From: Candidatus Latescibacterota bacterium
Lineage (GTDB): Bacteria; Latescibacterota; UBA2968; UBA8231
Reading direction: 5' to 3'
DNA length: 64,000 nt
NCBI GenBank assembly: GCA_965248265.1
Contig: CBDFJF010000002.1
Coordinates: 2,784,001 to 2,848,000, forward strand
The notes beneath the pieces were generated by a model, which was given only the letters and a program-made list of their open reading frames with translations, did not search any database and was not told the DNA's origin. The position numbers were made by a program, and so were the translations under genes. Shown piece by piece: positions 50,303 through 59,094 of the stretch. How positions within the stretch are numbered: position 1 is the first letter of the stretch; every line of letters starts with the position of its first letter.

Positions 50303-50391
50303 GAGGCCAGGTACCATGTCATATTCGCCGATCCCGATCTGACCTGGGAGGGTATCAAGGATGTCCAGAAAAAGATGTTCTCGAAGAAATA
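50303..50391 (+). pseudogene. 3' fragment of an RraA paralog
   Basis: EARYHVIFADPDLTWEGIK matches EADYHAIFADPNLTWAGVK at 46477-46533. Confidence 0.7.
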
Positions 50392-50406
50392 GAGAGATAG
50401 CGGATC

Positions 50407-51945
50407 ATGGCAGACCCGGCCACACTGGGGAATAAGAAAGAGCGCTTACAGTGGTTCAACGAGATGGGTTTCGGCCTGTTCATCCACTGGAGCATGGACA
50501 GCCAGATCGGCTCGGTGATTGGTCACTCCATGGCCACGGCGTCCGAGGATTACCTGGAGAAGTACACGCAGGTTCTTCCATCGATGTTCAACCCGAAGCG
50601 ATTCGACCCGGATGATTGGGCCGCTGTGGCGAAGCTTGCCGGGATCCGCTACGTCGTATTCACGACCAAGCATCACAACGGCTTCTGCATGTTTCACACC
50701 GAGAGCACGCAGTTCAACATCTCGAACACACCGTTCAGGAGGGATATCACAGGCGAGGTAGCAGAGGCCTTCCGCAAGCAGGGCATAGCCATCGGGTGGT
50801 ACCATTCACCCGATGACTTCTACTTCCTCCATGGCAAGGGACTGCCGATTCACCGGGGAGTGAAACCAGAGCAATGCGATGGGCTTCTGGAACACAATCA
50901 GATGCAGATCAGGGAGCTGCTGACGAACTACGGCAAGATCGACATCATGTTCTTCGACGGTCCGTCGGACGGCCTCAGGGAGCTGTGCTGGGAAATCGAT
51001 CCGGACATCGTCGTCACGAGGGGTGCCATCAAGACTCCGGAGCAACACATCCCTGGGGTTCAGTCCGAGGAGCCCTGGGAAGCCTGCGTGACCATGGGCA
51101 CGGGATGGCAGTACAAGCCGACGAACGAAGTGTACAAGTCGGGGACACAGATGATTGAGCTCCTGATCGAAACCAGGGCCAAAGGAGGGAACCTGCTCCT
51201 CAATGTTGGTCCCAAACCGGACGGCGAGCTGCCGATAGAGCAGGAGGCGATCCTGCGCGAGATCGCCCTGTGGAACTTCGTCAACGACGAGGCGATATAC
51301 GGAGTCCGTCCCTGGAGGGTCCCGTTTGAAGGGGATGTCTGGTTCACGAAGAAGGGGGAGGACACGGTCTATGCCGTCGTAAAAAGCGACGAGCCCTGGG
51401 CGCAGCGCGAACGACGGGAGCTATCCCTGTTCTCGGTGAAGGCCAGCGATCAGACCAGCGTGCAACTGTTGGGGCAGATGCCTGAGGCCATGTACGCCGA
51501 GCGCCCGGCGGTGGAGTGGAATCAGGTAGATGATCGGCTGCAGATCAGTGCTCTGCGAACGCAACGACTCTACAACAACAGGCGTTGGCCCAACCCCATT
51601 GTCCTCAAGATCACGCATGCGCAACTCGGTATGGTGCCACCCACCGTGGCCACAGGGAAGGCGGTCTGGGATACCTCCTCCTCATGCTGTCAGTTTGAGG
51701 CGACTCTTGTAGATCTGGAAGCGGGCGAGGGGGTCGAAGTCGGTTTCGAGTACAGGCTTAGGAAACTGCTGACAGACGCATCCGATGACTGGCAGGCGAC
51801 CGAGTTTGAGAGCCGCCAGTCGACGGGTGAGTTCTCAGGACAGTCCGAAGAGCTCGAGACGGATATCACCTACGAATTCCGTGCCGTGGCTCGCCATCGG
51901 GCCATCACCGTTTACGGTGACAAAGTTGCTTTCCGTACCAACTGA
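50407..51945 (+). CDS. Alpha-L-fucosidase (GH29)
   Basis: FGLFIHW, FTTKHHNGF, MFFDG, GGNLLLNVGP. Confidence 0.9.
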   Translation: MADPATLGNKKERLQWFNEMGFGLFIHWSMDSQIGSVIGHSMATASEDYLEKYTQVLPSMFNPKRFDPDDWAAVAKLAGIRYVVFTTKHHNGFCMFHTESTQFNISNTPFRRDITGEVAEAFRKQGIAIGWYHSPDDFYFLHGKGLPIHRGVKPEQCDGLLEHNQMQIRELLTNYGKIDIMFFDGPSDGLRELCWEIDPDIVVTRGAIKTPEQHIPGVQSEEPWEACVTMGTGWQYKPTNEVYKSGTQMIELLIETRAKGGNLLLNVGPKPDGELPIEQEAILREIALWNFVNDEAIYGVRPWRVPFEGDVWFTKKGEDTVYAVVKSDEPWAQRERRELSLFSVKASDQTSVQLLGQMPEAMYAERPAVEWNQVDDRLQISALRTQRLYNNRRWPNPIVLKITHAQLGMVPPTVATGKAVWDTSSSCCQFEATLVDLEAGEGVEVGFEYRLRKLLTDASDDWQATEFESRQSTGEFSGQSEELETDITYEFRAVARHRAITVYGDKVAFRTN

Positions 51946-52199
51946 GTTTCCCACGCACGCGGCATGAATACGCGGCGAACGAAAATCACCGATTTCTCGG
52001 TCTGCCTCTGGGATCGCTTCATCGACATGGATTCGGGGCCCGGCGTCAGATTGACTCCCTCCTTTCTGCTGACTAACGAACCGGGGGTGGCCCGCGATTA
52101 TTTCGATGAGTTGAGCCGAGCACCTTCGCCAGAGTTGAATTCGAGCTTTACTCCGACCAGGTTCGCGGCGCTCAGCTGCTGTTTTATGTCAACGACAAC

Positions 52200-52812
52200 G
52201 TCACAACGCAGACGCAGCCGATGTCCGTCCGCGTCAACGGTGAGGAACCACTGAGTCACACGCAGGATCCCGAACGCATGCTCACCGGCGGATGGGACCG
52301 TGCCGACATTCCCGCTGCTATGCTTGTGCGGGGCGGCAATGAATTCGTCTTCGGCGACAACGGCGTCCTCTATGTCGATCCGCTGCCGGGTGGGGGTAGC
52401 AGTCGCAGCTTCGACAAAGGGCAAACTTGGCATACCGGGAGCCTCGGTGCCGGCCGCGATCTCGAGGGCGAATACATGGTGCGTCTGCGCCTTCACGGTC
52501 ATCCACCCGAGGGCACGGTGACTTCCGACGTCATCGACCTGGCCGATCCGGACGGAGCCAATGTTGTGGTTGGTGGCAACCCACAGCACACCGGTCTTCG
52601 GATCAGGTTTGGCGGTGAATTCACGGCAGCCGATGCGATGCTCTTCCACCACTTTTTCCAGTGTCGACGTCGATGGCGAACAGCACGGCGCCTTCCTGTC
52701 CCAGTTCGGACCCCCAGAGCAGGTCAATGTCGCGCACCGGGTCGTGGGAGATCCAGCCACCCTGAAACCAACCACCGACTATGGGGCGACCCAGATCGAA
52801 GTAAATGCCCAT
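52200..52812. pseudogene. Two convergent gene fragments
   Basis: Plus-strand fragment (...SRSFDKGQTW...GEYMVRLRL) and a frameshifted minus-strand fragment (MGIYFDLGRP...DVDTGK/VVEEHRIG) meet near 52560. Confidence 0.4.
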
Positions 52813-52843
52813 GTACAGTACCTATCCTGCAGATGGCAGTAGT

Positions 52844-53446
52844 TCAGATGGTGAGACCGAGAGTCTGAAGGTCTCGTTCCAGTTGGTTTGGGTTCTCGAA
52901 GGCAATAACGCTCATGCCGAGCGTCCGAGCCGGTTCGAGCATCTGCGGCTTGTCATCGACGTAGACGCAGCACTTGGCAGGCTGCGAGGTCTTGTGTAGT
53001 GCCAGTTTGTAGATCGCGGGATCGGGTTTTCTCAATCCGGCCACATGGGAGAAGACGCCGTCCTTGAAGCGGTGCAGAAACCCATAGGTCTTTTCCAGGT
53101 AGTCAACTCTGTCCTCAACATTATCTGACAAAAAAAGCATCTCGTAGCCGGCCACGCGCAGACGATCCACCAGTGCTACCGTGCCTTCTATAGGTTCATA
53201 CGCGTGGAGCCAGACGTTGGCGATCTCGTTCGTGGGAACCTGCAGATTCCAGCTCTGCTTTGCCCCATCCCAGAATTCGGCAACAGATATCTCGCCAAAG
53301 CGATACCGGCTGCCGAGATCACCCATCAGTACATCTCTGACTTTGTCCGCCGCGATATCGTACGCGGCGCTTATGCGCTCGATCGCCCTGGCCGAACCAT
53401 CCGTGAAATACACCCCGCCCAGATCGCAGATGACGGTCTTGATCAT
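52844..53446 (-). CDS. HAD family phosphatase
   Basis: DLGGV, KPDPAIY, VDD. Confidence 0.85.
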   Translation of the reverse strand: MIKTVICDLGGVYFTDGSARAIERISAAYDIAADKVRDVLMGDLGSRYRFGEISVAEFWDGAKQSWNLQVPTNEIANVWLHAYEPIEGTVALVDRLRVAGYEMLFLSDNVEDRVDYLEKTYGFLHRFKDGVFSHVAGLRKPDPAIYKLALHKTSQPAKCCVYVDDKPQMLEPARTLGMSVIAFENPNQLERDLQTLGLTI

Positions 53447-54282
53447 GCAGGGATCGGAGCTTCCGCCACCAGACTGTCGAGCACGCGACCGATAGGAAGA
53501 TCCTGACGCTCGCGATTCAGGAAAAAGCTGACATGCGAATAACCGACCTCGCTCAACACTTCCAGGGCGTCTTCGAAGTTCGCGGCCACCCGATGCGGAT
53601 CATGGGCATCGGCGCCGACGACGACGGGGATGCCTCGTTGCTGCATTTCGCCAAGCATCTCACGCCCTGGATTCATTTCGGCGACTGTCTTATTGAGCCC
53701 GGACGTATTCAACTCCATCGCTGTTCCCGTCGCGGCGATGCGGTCGAGGCAATGACGAACAGTATCAGCGACGTCCTCATAGTTCCACTCCGACGGTGAT
53801 ACGATCTTGACCAGGTCAGGATGCGCGATGGTATCGAATAATCCGGTTTCCGCCGCCATCGCGATATGGTCAAAGTAGGTTCTCTGAAAGGCCGCGAGGT
53901 CTCCGGTGAAAAAGCGCTCTTTGTAGTCTTTGAGGTGGGGGTGAACGGAACCGAGCACGTGATTGAAATCGGCACGACCATGCAAGTCCTCGAGCCAGGC
54001 TTCCATTCCGGGGACGTAATCGCTTTCCATTCCCAGACGAACATCCACGCAATCCTGCCACTCCTCTCGCGCGCGTTCGACCAGTGCCACATAATCGTCG
54101 AGCTCTTCCACGCTCATGCGTACGCCGGGCGACCAGCCGTCGTTGGTCGGATTGTGGCAAGTGACGACGATCCCCTTGAGTCCGCGCCGTTGCCCTGCCG
54201 CGGCGTACTCTTCTGGTTGACCTCGGGCATGTTTGCACAAGGGCGTGTGCATGTGCTGCTCGTAGAGAACTCGTTCTCTCAT
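53443..54282 (-). CDS. Histidinol-phosphatase HisJ/PHP family
   Basis: HMHTPLCKHA, GSVH, AHPD, ELNTSG, GADAH. Confidence 0.85.
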   Translation of the reverse strand: MRERVLYEQHMHTPLCKHARGQPEEYAAAGQRRGLKGIVVTCHNPTNDGWSPGVRMSVEELDDYVALVERAREEWQDCVDVRLGMESDYVPGMEAWLEDLHGRADFNHVLGSVHPHLKDYKERFFTGDLAAFQRTYFDHIAMAAETGLFDTIAHPDLVKIVSPSEWNYEDVADTVRHCLDRIAATGTAMELNTSGLNKTVAEMNPGREMLGEMQQRGIPVVVGADAHDPHRVAANFEDALEVLSEVGYSHVSFFLNRERQDLPIGRVLDSLVAEAPIPA

Positions 54283-54643
54283 GTGTTCAGGCTCCGTCTC
54301 CGAGGCGCCAGTGGGTGCCCATCAAGCAGGTGGGCTCTCCTGTTTTGTCAATCTGGTAGTAGATGGAGCCATCCGACGCACACGCGCCAAACCAACAAAA
54401 ATGGGAAATTCCGGTCTGCAAGGCCAATCAAACATGAAGCGCACCGGTTCCAAGTCATGCCTCAGCTGGGAACGCTCTGGAGTGCGGTCGCCGTTGACGA
54501 GGGATTCAGCTAACTTGCTAAGATTCGGCAGTCCACATTGTAGCAAAACGATTGTAACACCTCTGCAACTGTAACACCCCTGCAACTCCCCGTCCTCGAT
54601 TACTCGACGAGGCCCTCAGGCCGTGAGATGGGAAGAAAGAGAT

Positions 54644-55924
54644 ATGCGACACCGCCGTCTGATATCGCTGATCATCGTCGGATTGCTGCTCTCAGTGCCG
54701 CCGCCGGCCGTCGTGGCCAAGGACGCCACCGAAGGCCTCGAACATGCTGCCCGAGACGCGCGCGACAAAGCGAAGAAGGGGTACGAGCACCTGAGCCGGC
54801 GCCGCACCTTCGATATCGAGGGCGTGCCATACGGAGCCACCGGCCTGCCAATCGCCTTCTTCACGCCCTCGAGCGGCCTACACTACGGTGGCTGGTTGGA
54901 GGTCGCCAACTACGGGCGCGAGCCGTACACCTACCGCGCCAACGTGCAGTGGTACCTGACGACCAAGGGCAAGCGCAACCATCACATGCGCCTGGAATTC
55001 CCTGCGCCCTTCGGTTTCCCGGTCAACGCTCGTATTCTCACCCGCGACCTCAAGAACAGGGGGGCGAACTTTTTCGGAATCGGTAACGATACCGAGATCA
55101 GTGACAAACAGGTCGACAGGGAATCGGACTACTACCGCTACCTCCTTGAGCAACAGCAATCCGCCGTCGATGTGGAGTTCGCCCGGCTGGAACCGATGGT
55201 CATTTTCGGTGGGCTTCGGTTCAACCGCAGTGTTCCGAGCCGCATCGATGAGGAGAAGGCGGATGCCTACTATGTCTTCAACCTGAGGGACAGCGAGGTG
55301 CTGGGCCGGAGCGGTGGTTGGGCGAACTTTCTCGTTGCGGGCGTCATGTACGACTCGCGAGACGACCAGGAGATGCCAACGACGGGGATGCTGAGTGAGG
55401 CGTCTATCCAGCTGGGTGGGTCGGTGCTCGGAGCAGATTACGGGTACCAGCGTATCACGCTTATCAACACGCACTATTGGAGGCCGAGTTGGCCGCAGGC
55501 CAAGCCGTACGTTCTGGTCACCCGTGCCGTCTTCGAGAATCTCGGCGACGAAGCTCCTTTCTACGAATTGACCGAGGTTGGTGGATCGATTCGCGGCATC
55601 GAGGTTGGTGGGGGATCGTTCATGCGGGGTTACCGGTCGCGGCGATTCGCCGACCGGCAGAAGATGCTGTATTCCGGCGAGTTGCGGCGCACCTTCAAGA
55701 GCGTGCGGTGGCGTGGCCACTACTTTGAGACGCTGGGTATGATCTATGTCGATGCGGGTCGCGTGGCGTCGAGCGTCACCGACGTGCTCGCTCCAGCAGG
55801 GCTGCACACGAGCGCGGGCGTCGGTTACCGAGCCACCTGGAACTCACAGCTCAGCGTCCGGTCCGACTTCGCGGTCTCACCCGAGGGGCAGGTATTTCTG
55901 CTGTCCTTCGGGAATCTGTTCTGA
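54644..55924 (+). CDS. Omp85 (BamA/TamA-like) outer-membrane beta-barrel
   Basis: Signal peptide, YDSRD, MRGY..RRF, DAGRV, C-terminal Phe; no POTRA domains evident. Confidence 0.8.
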   Translation: MRHRRLISLIIVGLLLSVPPPAVVAKDATEGLEHAARDARDKAKKGYEHLSRRRTFDIEGVPYGATGLPIAFFTPSSGLHYGGWLEVANYGREPYTYRANVQWYLTTKGKRNHHMRLEFPAPFGFPVNARILTRDLKNRGANFFGIGNDTEISDKQVDRESDYYRYLLEQQQSAVDVEFARLEPMVIFGGLRFNRSVPSRIDEEKADAYYVFNLRDSEVLGRSGGWANFLVAGVMYDSRDDQEMPTTGMLSEASIQLGGSVLGADYGYQRITLINTHYWRPSWPQAKPYVLVTRAVFENLGDEAPFYELTEVGGSIRGIEVGGGSFMRGYRSRRFADRQKMLYSGELRRTFKSVRWRGHYFETLGMIYVDAGRVASSVTDVLAPAGLHTSAGVGYRATWNSQLSVRSDFAVSPEGQVFLLSFGNLF

Positions 55925-56269
55925 TCGTTGACGTCGTCGGTTTCCTAACCATGTTCGGTCAAAACGGCACAAACAAGATTTGGCCTTGTTCAACCGGAAA
56001 TGGCAACAAGTGGGGCGTCGGGCTTTGGCTGTTGCGTCGCGAGGCGATGATGCGGACGATGATGCTCGAGTAGGATGGCTGTGGATCAGCTTGCAGTAAC
56101 GAAAAACGGGCTTTGGCCTTATCTTAGGGTACCTCCTGGGAATGGGGTTTGTTCCCTCCGGTTCCCCTCCGGTCAGCTCTCAACTGTTGTGGGCTGATCG
56201 CGGTTCTGCTCTCCTCCCACTGCTATGTCTCCGCACTCCCCCTTTACAAGCACTGGATTGGGAATACCC

Positions 56270-56551
56270 ATGGCTCTGGGTCTATCGTACCGCTGTCTGT
56301 GCGGTGAAAAGTTCAAGTACTACTTGCCCAAGGAGAAGGTCTACGGCGAAACGCTCAGCCGCGCCGTAGACTGGCAGGCGGTGGACGCCCGCGAGGAAGC
56401 CGATGGTGAAATCGACGAGGTCAAACGCGTTGCCGACACCACCGGCTGCACCTTTGTGGATGGCCGTCGCACGATGCATCTCACCTGCCCAACCTGCGCC
56501 TCCGAGGTCGACCTGCTCGACCATTTCCGCAGTCGCCTCCTGTCGGCATAG
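56270..56551 (+). CDS. Small Cys-rich (zinc-ribbon-like) hypothetical protein
   Basis: CLCG...CPTC. Confidence 0.55.
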   Translation: MALGLSYRCLCGEKFKYYLPKEKVYGETLSRAVDWQAVDAREEADGEIDEVKRVADTTGCTFVDGRRTMHLTCPTCASEVDLLDHFRSRLLSA

Positions 56552-56633
56552 GTCCACGCGCTGAGGCCACGCGCTGAGGCCAAGCGCTGTACCAGGATTG
56601 GCTGTGATCGCGACTCGGTGCGCCAAGTGCCGG

Positions 56634-57581
56634 TTAGCTCTCAGGGAGATAACCGTCGCGAAAATCGATCCGTGCCTGGGTGTCTTCGCGATAGGTGATC
56701 GGCTTCGGGTCAAGCCATTCGACAATGGCATCCTTGATTGAGTGAGCGAAGAAATGATTGCCGGCGGGGGAGTAGTGGCCGATCAAGTAGCGTTGGGCGT
56801 AATCGTCGACTGACAGATCGAACTGCCTGTAGTCTGCCTCGTGAACGGGATTCATGTCGAAGGTGGTGTGGCCCTGTTGCTGGAGGTAGTCAGCGATCTC
56901 CTGGTCGTACCGGGGCTCTCCGGCAATGAGCTGCCGCATGGCCGCGGGACAGAACAGGACGAGCATCAACTTCTTGCCGCTTTTGTCGGCGAACGCCGCC
57001 GCCTTGTCGATGATGAGCCTGGTCGCTGCAAAGGCGTACGCCGTACGCAGAGTGCCAACCTGGTGCCCCATCTCTGACGAGCCCTCGTCGATTGCCCTGC
57101 AGTTGAGCTGCTCGGCGAGCCGGTTCAGCCGGGCAACGTCGACATCATCGGTATCTCCCCGGTCGAACAAGGTCATCTGCAGCATCAGGTCATCCTGTAG
57201 CCTGTCGACCATGAACTCTTCATCGGCCATGCTGTAGAGAGATTCGGGCGTCGGTGTCAGACTCTCACGCTCCATCAGTTCGCCGTTTTCCAGATCCATC
57301 TCGATGTTGGCCCAGAAATTCCCGTGAAACATTCGAGTTCTGCCGTAGGTATTGAGGCGGCAGTCCCGGTCCTGGTAGATGGCAGCGCGGCGGGCACCGT
57401 CCGGGGTCGAGGTGGAGATCGTCAACGAACCGTCGACGCCGTCTCGGGGCATGTAGTTTCCAAGAGTATATCCGAGTTCAGCGTCGTATTGAGCCCAGCT
57501 GGGTTCGTCCGGCGACAGAAACGCATCGATCTCCTCTCTTGTGACAACGCTCGATCTGATCCACTGCTCGTATGAAGCCAT
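56634..57581 (-). CDS. Hypothetical protein, possible SGNH-like family member with internal deletion
   Basis: CRLNTYG followed abruptly by RTRMFHGN; C-terminal GHYSPAGN; GAGG RBS. Confidence 0.45.
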   Translation of the reverse strand: MASYEQWIRSSVVTREEIDAFLSPDEPSWAQYDAELGYTLGNYMPRDGVDGSLTISTSTPDGARRAAIYQDRDCRLNTYGRTRMFHGNFWANIEMDLENGELMERESLTPTPESLYSMADEEFMVDRLQDDLMLQMTLFDRGDTDDVDVARLNRLAEQLNCRAIDEGSSEMGHQVGTLRTAYAFAATRLIIDKAAAFADKSGKKLMLVLFCPAAMRQLIAGEPRYDQEIADYLQQQGHTTFDMNPVHEADYRQFDLSVDDYAQRYLIGHYSPAGNHFFAHSIKDAIVEWLDPKPITYREDTQARIDFRDGYLPES

Positions 57582-57693
57582 CTCTGTCCTCTCTTTTTGT
57601 GTGCCTACGTAATCCTTGCCAGGCATGCCAGGATTGCCAACGTTAGATAATCATTTCATCATCGAGATACCAACAATTTGACTGGGGGAATCC

Positions 57694-58037
57694 TTGTCGC
57701 TGACGGAACAGCAAGCTCGTTTCTTCGATGTGTTCGGTTACCTGAGCTTCCCAGGCCGCTTCGCCGCCGACACGCCTCTTTCGGCGGCAGCACCAACTGC
57801 CGGATGTTCACGATCAATCTGCAGCAGCGTTTCCGTGATGAAGATGAGGAGCTGATGCGTGAGTGTATAGGCAGTCTGGCCGGTTTCTGGTATGAGCGGG
57901 TCTATACTCCGCTCATGGTTGAGAGTGCTGGTCCGCAACGGATGCGCCACCTGGAGCAACGCCTGGCTCATGCTGGCCACCTGCCGGGTCTGGTTGCCGA
58001 GGCGCGGCAGAAGATGAAGGAACCGAACCGTTTCTGA
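57694..58037 (+). pseudogene. PhyH-family remnant with the middle deleted
   Basis: LTEQQARFFDVFGYLSFPG joined out of frame to HASFGGSTNCRMFTINL. Confidence 0.6.
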
Positions 58038-58039
58038 CC

Positions 58040-59035
58040 ATGGCCAACCGCAACGTCCCACCGATCAGCGGCACCCGTGTGCCGGCAGAAGTGATGCGCT
58101 CTTTTGTCGGTGGCTTGTTCGCACAGGTTGGCATGACACCCGAACGCTGTGCTGAGATGGCCGACTATTTGGTGCGCAGTGACCTGAAATGCGTCTTCAG
58201 CCATGGCACCAGTGCGGCTCCCGGGTACGCACGGGAAATGCGGGAGGGTAGGGTCAATCCGGTCCCAGACGTCCGCGTTGTTGAGGATACTGCTTCGGCG
58301 ACCGTCGTCGATGGGGATGGGGGGCTTGGGTATTTTCCCACCCACGAGGCGATGCAGATTACTATCAGAAAAGCCCTCAACACCGGTACTGCTGCCGCGA
58401 CGACGACGAATCACTTTCATTTCGGCGCCGCCGGCACCTGGTCTCGCATCGCCCTCGAACACGACTGCATTGGTCTGGCACTGTCGTCGAATCGTTTCGC
58501 CGTCAACCAAGAAAGGACGGTTCTCGATGCTGTCACCTATGGACCGCTCAGCATCGCCATCCCCGCCGGAGAGCAGCCGGCCTTCGTGTTCGATGGAGGC
58601 GGCATCAACGTGCCGTACACGGAAGAGCGTTTCCACGAATCACCAGCTGTCTTCTTCAAAGGACTCGGACTGAATGCAGCCGTCACTATTCTCGGTGGCC
58701 TATTGGCCGGCATCTACAGACGGGAAATAGTGGAGTCGCAGAAGAAGTGGACATCCAACCAGGGCTCATTCCTGGCTGTCTTCAATGTCTCCCGCTTCAT
58801 GCCCATCGACGAGTTCAAAGCGGAGATGGATCGCTATATTGAAGACGTTAGCAAGACAGAACTCCTTCCCGGTACCGAGCAGGCGTTGTTGCCGGGCGGA
58901 CTCGAGCATGCCTGGACGCAGGAAAGCCTGCGTCTCGGCATTCCCGTCAGCGATGAGCATCGAGAAAGGCTGGAGAAAGCGGCTGCTGAGTACGGTATTG
59001 AGGCTCCCTTCGGGCGCTTTGAGCGATTCGGATAG
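58040..59035 (+). CDS. Ldh_2 family (malate/L-lactate dehydrogenase-like) oxidoreductase
   Basis: FSHG, VDGDGGLG, HFGAAG, LLPG. Confidence 0.85.
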   Translation: MANRNVPPISGTRVPAEVMRSFVGGLFAQVGMTPERCAEMADYLVRSDLKCVFSHGTSAAPGYAREMREGRVNPVPDVRVVEDTASATVVDGDGGLGYFPTHEAMQITIRKALNTGTAAATTTNHFHFGAAGTWSRIALEHDCIGLALSSNRFAVNQERTVLDAVTYGPLSIAIPAGEQPAFVFDGGGINVPYTEERFHESPAVFFKGLGLNAAVTILGGLLAGIYRREIVESQKKWTSNQGSFLAVFNVSRFMPIDEFKAEMDRYIEDVSKTELLPGTEQALLPGGLEHAWTQESLRLGIPVSDEHRERLEKAAAEYGIEAPFGRFERFG

Positions 59036-59094
59036 TCCGTGTCCGCCCGAAGTCTTTTCCCTCCTTCAACCATCGACTGCATGGAGGTAACGTG

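Noticed and set aside
55938-55952. GGTTTCCTAACCAT resembling the oriIS/IS110 target motif
   Set aside because: No upstream ori hairpin or transposase remnant; a short match like this could be chance.
56554-56589. 13-bp tandem repeat CCACGCGCTGAGG
   Set aside because: About 2.7 copies between convergent genes; most simply slippage.
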